From positions 50,324 to 114,323 of the forward strand of contig DASVCN010000024.1 in NCBI GenBank assembly GCA_036381595.1: DNA of 64,000 nt, in the 5' to 3' direction. This document shows positions 9,481 to 19,945 of this stretch, one piece after another; position 1 is the first letter of the stretch; the number at the start of each line of letters is the position of its first letter. The position numbers and the translations under genes were made by a program. This stretch comes from Trueperaceae bacterium (GTDB lineage: Bacteria; Deinococcota; Deinococci; Deinococcales; Trueperaceae). The notes under the pieces were generated by a model. It worked only from the letters and a program-made list of their open reading frames with translations. It made no database searches and was not told the origin of the DNA.

Positions 9481-10659
9481 ATGGCGCCTGACCGCCTACT
9501 GACTTCCCTACTGGCCTTCGCAGCTCTCCTGGCCGCGCTGGCCGTCTATGCCCTCGATCGACCCGAGACGGTGCTGATCGGCGCCTTGACGATGATCGTG
9601 CCGACGCTGCCGACGCTGGAGCTGCCTCTATCAGGTGTCCTTCCCTCTGCCCTCCATGCCTTCGGATTGGCGCTCCTGGCCCGGCTGCTACGTCCCGGAC
9701 TCGCGCCCTATGCCGCGGCACTCTCCGCAACAGTGGTCGCACTCTTGCTGGAGTCGGCTCAGCTGCTCGGCCCTCCAGGACTCGCACCCGGCCGAACTCC
9801 GCTCAGCGGCACTTTCGATCCCGCCGACCTGCTGATGTGCCTCGTGGGCGGAAGCGCCGCCTTCGTGGCCCTCTACCTCACGAGCTGGCGATCGCCTTCC
9901 GAGCGGCACCGGCGAACGGCGATGGAACCAGTCCGGTGGTTGCCTCTCATCGTCGCAGCGACCGCCAGCAGTGTCGCCACCACTCCGACGGGACTTCCGC
10001 CCGGCTGGCTGTCGGCCGATCTCACCCGACTCTGCCCGGGAAGTCCGACCCTCCTCTCCTGGAGCACCTCGGCCCAGCACGAGCTCTTCCTCGTAGCCTC
10101 GGACCCGGCGGCGATCACACCTGGTTTCGAACGTCTCCCCGTGGAACCGAGCGGAGAGCTGCAGGTCGCGATCCATGGCGATGTCGAATTCCAGCTCCAG
10201 GGGCCGCACGGACTGCCTCCCGGGGGCGAGTCGGAGCATTCGTACGCGTTCACCGCTAGCGTCCGGTCGATACCGACAGGAGGTGAAGACCTTGTTCTCT
10301 ACGCAGAAGCAGGGTGTGCCGGCGGACGTATCACGTGGGATCCGGTTCTGGTTTCGGCCCTGGAACATGACGACCACACGGTGGTCTCCGGTGTCAGCAG
10401 CATGGATCCCGGGTTCGGCGAGCCCGTCCCTGGGGATCTGGTCGTCGGGCACGCACTCATCGAACAGCGACTGGCGCCTTCCTCCTCCACGGCTGTATTC
10501 GACGGGACTCCACTGGTCGGGGCATGGAGCATAGTTCCCTCCCAACCGCTGGGCGACGGCTACTGCCCTCTGGAAAGCGCCTCGCAGATGCCGGTCGCAG
10601 CGATCCGAGTCCATTACGTTTGCCCTGGTGGCACAGGCGCTCAACAGTTGCGGCAGTAA
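9481..10659 (+). CDS. membrane protein with N-terminal VanZ-like domain and C-terminal domain of unknown function
   Basis: 4 hydrophobic helices ending in GTFDPADLLMCLVGG (VanZ-like), then about 250 aa with no motif I recognise. SD GGGAGA lies upstream of ATG 9481. The competing antisense ORF 9688..10680 is Arg/Gly-rich and judged a shadow. Confidence 0.5.
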   Translation: MAPDRLLTSLLAFAALLAALAVYALDRPETVLIGALTMIVPTLPTLELPLSGVLPSALHAFGLALLARLLRPGLAPYAAALSATVVALLLESAQLLGPPGLAPGRTPLSGTFDPADLLMCLVGGSAAFVALYLTSWRSPSERHRRTAMEPVRWLPLIVAATASSVATTPTGLPPGWLSADLTRLCPGSPTLLSWSTSAQHELFLVASDPAAITPGFERLPVEPSGELQVAIHGDVEFQLQGPHGLPPGGESEHSYAFTASVRSIPTGGEDLVLYAEAGCAGGRITWDPVLVSALEHDDHTVVSGVSSMDPGFGEPVPGDLVVGHALIEQRLAPSSSTAVFDGTPLVGAWSIVPSQPLGDGYCPLESASQMPVAAIRVHYVCPGGTGAQQLRQ

Positions 10660-10735
10660 TCCTCTTCCCAACGAGTGCATCCCGACGAGGACGAACCCGT
10701 ATACCTTCGAGCGCTGTCTACCACCAGTGGAGCCC

Positions 10736-11212
10736 CTACCTCACGTCGATCACCTGGGCACGGGTCACGCGCAGCAGCTCCTGAGGCGCGACCGCGAATA
10801 CGGCGTCGGGTCTTCCGGCGGCAGCCCAGATCAGTTCGAATCCGAGCAGGTCGCGGTCGAGGTAGATCTTCAGCGAGTCGTCGTGCCCCAGTGGTGGCAC
10901 TCCGCCCACGGCGAAGCCGGTCCGTTCGCGTACCGACTTCGCATCAGCCATCTCGAGTCGCTCACCCAGTTGCTCGCCAACCTTTCCGAGGTCGACTCTG
11001 TTGGCGCCGCTGACCACGATCAACAGCTGTTCTAGGCTGCCAGCAGAGCGGAACACGAGCGACTTGGCGATCTGCGCCACTTCGCAACCCACCGCTCTGG
11101 CGGCGTCCTCGGCCGTCCGCGTGGAGTCGGGGAAGCTCTGCAGCTCGACTTCCAGGCCGTGTTCTTCGAGCGCGTTCTGCACTCGATCCAGGCTCCGGCT
11201 CGGCTTGGCCAT
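10736..11212 (-). CDS. YbaK/EbsC-type aminoacyl-tRNA deacylase (trans-editing domain protein)
   Basis: AKSLVF..., GFAVGGVPPLGH. Start trimmed to ATG 11212 (MAKPSRSL), preceded by GGAGG. Confidence 0.75.
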   Translation of the reverse strand: MAKPSRSLDRVQNALEEHGLEVELQSFPDSTRTAEDAARAVGCEVAQIAKSLVFRSAGSLEQLLIVVSGANRVDLGKVGEQLGERLEMADAKSVRERTGFAVGGVPPLGHDDSLKIYLDRDLLGFELIWAAAGRPDAVFAVAPQELLRVTRAQVIDVR

Positions 11213-11531
11213 CCGCACCTCCGAATGGCACACGGTAACACTCGACGCTACAGCTCCGGCAGCAACCACCGCTCTCCCGTACGAGGAGGGTTTCTCTCGT
11301 CCTGGACAAGCAAAGTTAGTTCACCATGCGTTGCGGCGGGTGGGCCGCGGATGGTACACTTCCACGTTGGTCGACGGGACGCTGGTGCGGCCCGCCCGCG
11401 GCAACACCGGCAGTTGGTGACGGCGTGAACCTCACCCTCACTCTGCCGCCAGGTTGTCTGACGACGACAGCTCGGAGGCCCCCAGAGGCAGACCCGGGTG
11501 CGTCGCCGCCAGCCTCCGGGGAGGAACGCTT

Positions 11532-14012
<2,481 letters not shown>

Positions 14013-14033
14013 ACATCAGACATACCGAGTTCC

Positions 14034-14064
14034 GAGGGCCGCCCTCCCAGCGGGGGCGGCCCTC
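14034..14064 (+). terminator. hairpin downstream of gyrA
   Basis: GAGGGCCGCC...GGCGGCCCTC (10-bp GC stem), starting 22 nt after the gyrA stop. Weak T tail (TCGATTCC). Confidence 0.55.
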
Positions 14065-14119
14065 TCGATTCCGGATCGAGTCGGCCCCTGGAACCGGCGA
14101 CCGGCGAGGGGGTCCGTGC

Positions 14120-14125
14120 GATAGT
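14120..14125 (+). promoter_or_regulatory. -10-like GATAGT, 6 nt before GTG 14132 (leaderless geometry)
   Basis: gcGATAGTtacgtcGTG. Confidence 0.35.
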
Positions 14126-14131
14126 TACGTC

Positions 14132-15052
14132 GTGAGTCGCCCAGCGGTTATCCTCGACTGCGACCCGGGACACGACGACGCCATCGCCATCATGGCCGCA
14201 GCCCGCTACTGCGAACTGCTCGGCATTACGACGGTCAACGGCAACGTCGACCTGGAGCGCACCACCCGCAACGCCCTCATCACCTGCCAGGTTGCCGGGA
14301 TCGACGTACCGGTGCACGCCGGAGCCGCCAGACCCCTGGTTGCCGAACCGCACCACGCCCAGTTCATACATGGCGACAGCGGGCTCGACGGACCGGTGCT
14401 CCCGCAACTGGAGCGCTCGAGCGCCAGCGGCGACGCAGTTCGCTTCATCATCGATACCGTTCGAGCGCGCGACGACGTCTGGCTGGTGGCCGTCGGTCCG
14501 CTCACCAACGTCGCGCTGGCGCTGCGGCAGGCACCGGACATCGCCGAACGGCTGGCGGGCATTTCGATCATGGGCGGGGGGATAAGCTTCGGGAACGTCA
14601 CGCCGACAGCTGAATTCAACATCTTCGCCGATCCGGAAGCCGCGGCCGCACTCTTCGGCGCGCCGCTGCGGCGGATCATGGCGCCACTGGACCTCACCCA
14701 CCAGCTGCTGGTCGACGAGGCGATCATCGATCGATTCCGCCGGACCGCCACCCCCGCTGGGACCTTCGCCGCCGACATGCTCGACTTCTACACGCACGCC
14801 TACGCGAGAGCGTTCACCGGGAGCAAGGAGGGGGCGCTTCACGATCCCTGCGCGCTCCTGGCGGTCAGCCACCCGGAGCTGTTCGAACGCCAGGAGATGT
14901 ACGTGACCGTCGAGACGCGGGGCGAGCATACCCGGGGGATGACCGTCGCCGACAGGCGCGGAGTGCGAAGCGACCTGCAACCGAATACGGAAGTCCTGAC
15001 CCGTATCGACCCCGCGGTTGCGCTCGACCTGCTCGTCGAGAGCGTGAGCTGA
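14132..15052 (+). CDS. nucleoside hydrolase (inosine/uridine-preferring family)
   Basis: N-terminal DCDPGHDDAIAI aspartate cluster, GPLTNVALAL, EFNIFADPEAA. Confidence 0.88.
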   Translation: MSRPAVILDCDPGHDDAIAIMAAARYCELLGITTVNGNVDLERTTRNALITCQVAGIDVPVHAGAARPLVAEPHHAQFIHGDSGLDGPVLPQLERSSASGDAVRFIIDTVRARDDVWLVAVGPLTNVALALRQAPDIAERLAGISIMGGGISFGNVTPTAEFNIFADPEAAAALFGAPLRRIMAPLDLTHQLLVDEAIIDRFRRTATPAGTFAADMLDFYTHAYARAFTGSKEGALHDPCALLAVSHPELFERQEMYVTVETRGEHTRGMTVADRRGVRSDLQPNTEVLTRIDPAVALDLLVESVS

Positions 15053-15092
15053 ACGGCCGGGGGCCAAGAGAACTCACGTCGCCGCCTCGCGG

Positions 15093-15098
15093 TAGAGT
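15093..15098 (+). promoter_or_regulatory. -10 box TAGAGT, 6 nt before ftsE GTG 15105 (leaderless geometry)
   Basis: cggTAGAGTctagagGTG. Confidence 0.45.
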
Positions 15099-15104
15099 CT
15101 AGAG

Positions 15105-15785
15105 GTGGTTCAGTTCCACCATGTAACCAAGACCTATCCGCGGACGCACACCCACGCCCTGCGGGATCTGGACTTCCGCATCAGGAAGGGCGAGTTCGTC
15201 TACATCACCGGCCACTCCGGTGCAGGCAAGTCGACGCTCCTGTCGCTGATCCTCAGGCGCATTCTGCCCACCGAGGGCAGCGTCTACCTGCTGGGTCAGG
15301 ACCTCGCCAAGCTGCGTGAATCGAAGCTTCCGTTCCTCCGCCGCAGGATGGGCATGGTCTTCCAGGACCACCGGCTTTTATCGAACCTGAGCGCCCTCGA
15401 CAACCTCGTCTTCACGCTCAGGGCGACCGGCGAGCGGGGCAATCTCGAGCAGCGGGCTCTGCTCGCCCTTCGTCAGGTGTCGCTGGCTCACAAACGCAAG
15501 GCGTTCCCGATCGAGCTGTCGCTGGGCGAGCAACAGCGCGTGGCCATCGCTCGCGCCCTGGTCACGAATCCGCCCCTGCTCCTGTGCGACGAGCCTACGG
15601 GAAACCTCGACCCGGACACCTCCTGGGAGATCCTCGAGCTCTTGAACGACGTCAACATCAAGGGCACCACCGTCGTCGTCGCCACGCACTCACGCGACCT
15701 GGTCGAGAGGCTCCGCCGACGCACCATCGTCCTGCGCAACGGCGAGCTGGTTCGTGACGATGAAACCGGCGGTTACTCGCTCTAG
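15105..15785 (+). CDS. ftsE: cell-division ABC ATPase FtsE
   Basis: Walker [12 protein letters not shown], signature [15 protein letters not shown], Walker [13 protein letters not shown], 226 aa. GTG start. Confidence 0.8.
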   Translation: MVQFHHVTKTYPRTHTHALRDLDFRIRKGEFVYITGHSGAGKSTLLSLILRRILPTEGSVYLLGQDLAKLRESKLPFLRRRMGMVFQDHRLLSNLSALDNLVFTLRATGERGNLEQRALLALRQVSLAHKRKAFPIELSLGEQQRVAIARALVTNPPLLLCDEPTGNLDPDTSWEILELLNDVNIKGTTVVVATHSRDLVERLRRRTIVLRNGELVRDDETGGYSL

Positions 15786-15812
15786 ACCGAACTACGTCGT
15801 CTGCCCCGAGTG

Positions 15813-15832
15813 GTTCCACCTGCAGGTGGAAC
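15813..15832. terminator. perfect 20-nt palindrome GTTCCACCTGCAGGTGGAAC after ftsE
   Basis: 8-bp stem with a 4-nt loop, 28 nt after the ftsE stop. No T tract. Confidence 0.35.
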
Positions 15833-16009
15833 GCCGCATCACCCACTCCTACCTCTCGAACGGCGGCGGCTCCGGTGGTGCGGCCTGAATCGCGGCTGGT
15901 CGCATGCGATTTCTCATCGAACCGGCGACGCCTCTCCGCTAACATCGACCGACTCCACAGCTTCACGCCCCCCGGCGCCAACGCGCCACCTTCAAGCAGA
16001 GGAATCCCG

Positions 16010-16789
16010 ATGATCGAACTCCCCGACTCCGACGTAAAGACCAGCCGGGCAGCCGCACCACCGGCGTTGCGCCTCGAATCTCTGGCGAAGTCGTTCGGCA
16101 GTAACCGGGCGGTCCGCGGCCTCGACCTCGAGGTTCGCCAGGGCGAGTTCTACGCCCTGCTCGGACCCAATGGAGCAGGCAAGACGACTACCCTGCGGAT
16201 GGTGGCGGGCCTGGTCGAGCCCGACGGCGGCGAAGCTTTCGTCCTCGGTCACAGCGTGCAGCGTGAGCCGGCGCGGGCCAAGTCGCTGTTGGCGTTCCTG
16301 CCCGATGAACCGCTGCTCTACGGTAAGTTGCGGCCGTTGGAGTATCTGGAGTTCGTTGCTGGCCTCTGGCGTGTGCCTGCCGAGGAGGCGGCTCCCCGAG
16401 CGAAGGAACTGCTCGAGTGGCTCGACCTGTGGAAGAACCGCTACGACCTGACGGAGACCTTCTCGCGTGGCATGAAGCAGAAGCTCGGCCTCGCAGGGGG
16501 ACTGATCCACCGGCCCAGGCTGATGATTCTGGACGAACCGCTCACCGGGCTCGATGCGGCCGCGGCGAGGGACGTGAAAAACCTCCTGAGCGAATACGTT
16601 GCCGACGGGAACACTGTCATCCTGACCACTCACATCATGGAGATCGCAGAACGCCTGGCCCAGCGGATAGGGATCATCAGCCGCGGGCAACTGGTCGCAG
16701 AGGGTAGCCTCGATGACCTCCGCCGGGCGAGTGGCGACGACGACGGAACGCTGGAGAACGTCTTCCTGGAGCTCGTGGAGAGCAGGTGA
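16010..16789 (+). CDS. ABC transporter ATP-binding protein (ABC-2 / DrrA-like)
   Basis: LGPNGAGKTTTLRM, FSRGMKQKLGLAGGL, LMILDEPLTGLD. Start trimmed to ATG 16010, after GAGGA. Confidence 0.85.
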   Translation: MIELPDSDVKTSRAAAPPALRLESLAKSFGSNRAVRGLDLEVRQGEFYALLGPNGAGKTTTLRMVAGLVEPDGGEAFVLGHSVQREPARAKSLLAFLPDEPLLYGKLRPLEYLEFVAGLWRVPAEEAAPRAKELLEWLDLWKNRYDLTETFSRGMKQKLGLAGGLIHRPRLMILDEPLTGLDAAAARDVKNLLSEYVADGNTVILTTHIMEIAERLAQRIGIISRGQLVAEGSLDDLRRASGDDDGTLENVFLELVESR

Positions 16790-18336
16790 AGCCGGGAAGC
16801 CTGCCCTGGCTGCTGCGCCATGAACTGAGGCTCACCTGGAGGGAGCTCACCTCCCGCGCCGAACCAGGTCTCCTCGTCTTCCTCTGTCTGGGCCTACTGG
16901 CACTCGTTCACGCCGGAATCTGGTACGTGCTCGGTGGATTCCTTGCATCCTTGGGAGGACCGGTGCGAGATGGAGCGGTCCAGGTAGGCGGACTGCTGTT
17001 GCTGGCTGCCATTCCCATAGCGCTCGCGGTCGCGATCAACAGGAGCGTAAGCGGGGTCTTCGAACGCGCAGACCTCGATCTGCTCGCCGCTTCCCCACTC
17101 TCGTCACGGGTGATCTTCTCGTCACGTGTTCTCGCTGTCGCCCTCCAGGTCTTCCTGCTGTTCGGGGTCGTGCTCATCCCGGTCGCCAACATCGCGGCGC
17201 TCGTCGGTGCTCCCAGACTCCTGGGACTCTACCCCACGCTGCTGGGCCTGTCGCTCGCCGGAGCGAGCCTGGGGATGCTCATCACTCTCGCCCTCGTCAG
17301 GAGCATCGGCGCCAGGCGCGCCCGAACCGTTTCACAACTGGTGGGAAGCTTCCTGGCGGCCGGTCTGTTCCTGCTCACCCAGGTACCCACGCTATTCGGC
17401 AACGACTTCGACTCCGCTCTGGCCGGTTCGGTCCAGAGGTTCGCGGGCCTCATGTCCGAGGGCGGCGCTCTAGGGCCGAACAGTCTGATCTGGTTGCCGG
17501 CCCGCGCGATCTTCTTCGACCCGCTGGCGGTGATCGTCGTGGTTTCGACCGGCATCCTCCTCATCGTCGCCAGCAGCTTCCTCCTGCACAGATCGTTCGC
17601 ACACGGAGCCAGTGAGCCTACGACTTCGAGCCGACGCGTGAGGAATGGGGCCGCGTCGGTCCGTTTCAGTAACCGCACGTTCACCACGCTGCTGTTCAAG
17701 GAGTGGCGTCTCATCCTCCGTGATCCCTACCTCATCTCGCAGACCCTCGTGCAGCTCCTCTACCTCGTACCGCTGGTCTTCCTGATGTTCTCTCCCGAGG
17801 AGGCCCCTTCGATCTTCGCGAACCTGTGGCCGGCGCTGGCGGCGGGGCTTGTGGTCCTCACCGGCACCCTCGCCAGCAACCTGGTGCGCATCTGCGTTTA
17901 CGGGGAGGAGGCCGACGACCTCATCGCCGCTTCTCCTACAGGCCGAGCACGGGTCGAGAGGATGAAGGTGCTCGCGGGCCTCCTGCCGGTCTGGTTCCTG
18001 GCGCTTCCCGGTGTGCTGGCTATCGCGTTCGAATCGGTGCCGCTGGCCCTGCTCACGGCACCCGTAGTCGGCGTGATGACGCTATCGGTGGCAGTGACCC
18101 GGTTGTGGAACCGGGTGGAGATCAAGCGGGCCGATCTGTTCCGGCGGAACCGGAACCAGGGCGATAAGATCGTGGCCTTCCTGGAAGGACTCATGCCGGT
18201 CGCTTGGGCGGCCGCGGTTCTCGGTCTGGGCAGCGCACAACTGTGGGGTCTCATCCCTCTCGCCATCGCCGTAGGCCTACTCGGGATCGCCTATCTGAGG
18301 GTGCGGCCACGCGCCGGTCGCTCGGCCGTCAGCTAG
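16786..18336 (+). CDS. polytopic membrane protein, putative ABC exporter permease partner
   Basis: 516 aa, about 12 hydrophobic segments. The GTGA overlap with the upstream ATPase implies translational coupling. The family call is by context only. Confidence 0.6.
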   Translation: MKPGSLPWLLRHELRLTWRELTSRAEPGLLVFLCLGLLALVHAGIWYVLGGFLASLGGPVRDGAVQVGGLLLLAAIPIALAVAINRSVSGVFERADLDLLAASPLSSRVIFSSRVLAVALQVFLLFGVVLIPVANIAALVGAPRLLGLYPTLLGLSLAGASLGMLITLALVRSIGARRARTVSQLVGSFLAAGLFLLTQVPTLFGNDFDSALAGSVQRFAGLMSEGGALGPNSLIWLPARAIFFDPLAVIVVVSTGILLIVASSFLLHRSFAHGASEPTTSSRRVRNGAASVRFSNRTFTTLLFKEWRLILRDPYLISQTLVQLLYLVPLVFLMFSPEEAPSIFANLWPALAAGLVVLTGTLASNLVRICVYGEEADDLIAASPTGRARVERMKVLAGLLPVWFLALPGVLAIAFESVPLALLTAPVVGVMTLSVAVTRLWNRVEIKRADLFRRNRNQGDKIVAFLEGLMPVAWAAAVLGLGSAQLWGLIPLAIAVGLLGIAYLRVRPRAGRSAVS

Positions 18337-18408
18337 GCTCCTTCGCTACCGGCGCCCAGGCTGAAGAGGACATCGGTGGTCGCCAGGTAGCCTCTGTCCC
18401 GGCGCGGT

Positions 18409-19158
18409 CTAGAGTTGGAGCAGCGTGTAGTCCAGCCGATCCTCGGAGACGATCATCTCCAGGAACTGCAGGTTCGACAGGGCATCGATCATCGCGAAAC
18501 CGTTCTCCTTGTCGATGTGGATGCCATCCTTCATCACGGTGTGGCCGTATACGCCGAAGCGGTGGCCCGCCTGACGCACGAGTTCCGGCTTGGCGTACCA
18601 CCACTGCTTGGTGTCGCTGTCGTGATAGAAGAAGTCGTCGAACTGCTGCATGCCTGGAAGCGGACCCGCGTGAGCGAAGTGAACGCCATGGAAGGTCTTC
18701 TCCCGGGCGAAGCCGCGGAACCACTCCTTGAGGTCCTCGGGCAGTTCGACTCCACCCTTGGCCGGGTTGAACTCGTCATGCCGCAGCCCTCCCCTCGTCG
18801 AAAGGTCGTAACCGTGATCGAGCGCCACCTCGTCGTGGTTTCCCAGGATCACAGTCACGTTGCCGCACGAGTGGTCGACGTAGTTCTTGAACCGGTACAG
18901 CTCGCGGATCTGCGCCTTGGCCGCCCGCCTCAGATGATCTGGGTTGTCGGCGTCGAAAGGCTCCTCGCCCACCGCCTGCGCGTAGGCGCGGTCATCCTTG
19001 TAGTGCACCAGGTCGCCGATGCAGACCACCTGATACCGGCCCTCCTTGACCATCGCGGTGGGCTCGAACTGGTTGTCGCAAGCCGACGCCGCCTTCAATA
19101 CTCGCCAGAGTTCGGGCCACTGCCCATGCACGTCGCCAACGGCGATGATCTTGATCAC
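18409..19158 (-). CDS. calcineurin-like metallophosphoesterase (PPP/ApaH-like)
   Basis: GDVHGQ, GDLVHYKD, GNHDE and VYGHT motifs in canonical order. GTG start 28 nt downstream of the DdrA-like stop, with AGGAG in the gap. Confidence 0.75.
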   Translation of the reverse strand: MIKIIAVGDVHGQWPELWRVLKAASACDNQFEPTAMVKEGRYQVVCIGDLVHYKDDRAYAQAVGEEPFDADNPDHLRRAAKAQIRELYRFKNYVDHSCGNVTVILGNHDEVALDHGYDLSTRGGLRHDEFNPAKGGVELPEDLKEWFRGFAREKTFHGVHFAHAGPLPGMQQFDDFFYHDSDTKQWWYAKPELVRQAGHRFGVYGHTVMKDGIHIDKENGFAMIDALSNLQFLEMIVSEDRLDYTLLQL

Positions 19159-19186
19159 TTGGTGCTCCTGAACGCCGAAAACGCGC

Positions 19187-19837
19187 TCATGTGGGGGTCT
19201 CGGCCCGCCGGGTCAGCAACCCCCGGAGCCGGCCGTAGAGTTCGCGGGCCGCTTGCGGATCGGAGCCGTAGCCACCATACTCCACGAGCAGGCGGGCGGC
19301 CTCCAGGCCCTGTCCTTCGAGCTTGAGACGTTCGACCAGTCGATCGATCGCCTGTTGACCCTCCGGTTTGACCGCTTCGGTCGGGGTCGTGTCGGAGGGC
19401 TGTACTGGCTCGGAAGAGTCGGCCGCGGCGGTCCCTTGCTCCGGCAGCAACGCCAGCCCCTCCTCGGGGTCGTAGTCGGTCCAGTGACTCTCCTCGTCGC
19501 TAACGGGTGGACGGAGTCCGAAGAGTTCGGCCGCACGAGCGAACGCCGCCATGGCGCACTCCTCTGGCCCCTCGCCATCCCGAACCGGCTCGACTATCGC
19601 CGAGCGGGCGACGCCGCCGATCTCCAGCTCACAACCCACTCCTGGACCGAAACTCCGGTAGCGGAACGACCAGCCGGACACACCGACGACCTCGTCGAGT
19701 CGCTCCTTGATCGCCTCCTGCAGCAGAAGCGGTTCGAGGCGGGCGCCGCGACGGTCGGGGGCCAGTTCCTGTACCCGCCAGGTCATCTGTTGGGGGAGGA
19801 AGGGGGCCGAGAGGCGGTCCCAGGCGGTGCCGTCCAT
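19187..19837 (-). CDS. DdrA/Rad52-family single-strand annealing protein-like
   Basis: The N-terminus LSAPFLPQQMTWRVQ..., RLDEVVGVSGWSFRY and AFARAAELFG resemble, from memory, the Rad52/Rad22 core seen in Deinococcus DdrA. Acidic/Pro-rich linker and a helical C-terminus. Confidence 0.45.
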   Translation of the reverse strand: MDGTAWDRLSAPFLPQQMTWRVQELAPDRRGARLEPLLLQEAIKERLDEVVGVSGWSFRYRSFGPGVGCELEIGGVARSAIVEPVRDGEGPEECAMAAFARAAELFGLRPPVSDEESHWTDYDPEEGLALLPEQGTAAADSSEPVQPSDTTPTEAVKPEGQQAIDRLVERLKLEGQGLEAARLLVEYGGYGSDPQAARELYGRLRGLLTRRAETPT

Positions 19838-19859
19838 CGCGCAAGTATATCAGTGCGCG
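19838..19859. promoter_or_regulatory. palindrome CGCGCA-N10-TGCGCG enclosing the -10 (TATACT) of the DdrA-like gene
   Basis: Arms 19838-43 and 19854-59 are reverse complements. TATACT (minus strand, 19844-49) lies 6 nt from ATG 19837. Confidence 0.35.
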
Positions 19860-19945
19860 TAGATCCTCCAACACGTAAAATCCCTCCTCTACGACGTGAA
19901 GCAATCCGCGCAGAGCGCGAGAAGCTATACGGTAAGGTCTTGGGC

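Noticed and set aside
11213-11531. Deinococcus RDRM (DdrO operator, TTAYGY-N5-RCRTAA-like 17-mer) upstream of gyrA, and also upstream of the DdrA-like gene at 19838..19945.
   Set aside because: Only isolated half-site-like strings (ACGTAA at about 19875, TTAGTTCACC at about 11315) are present, with no matching second half at the right spacing.
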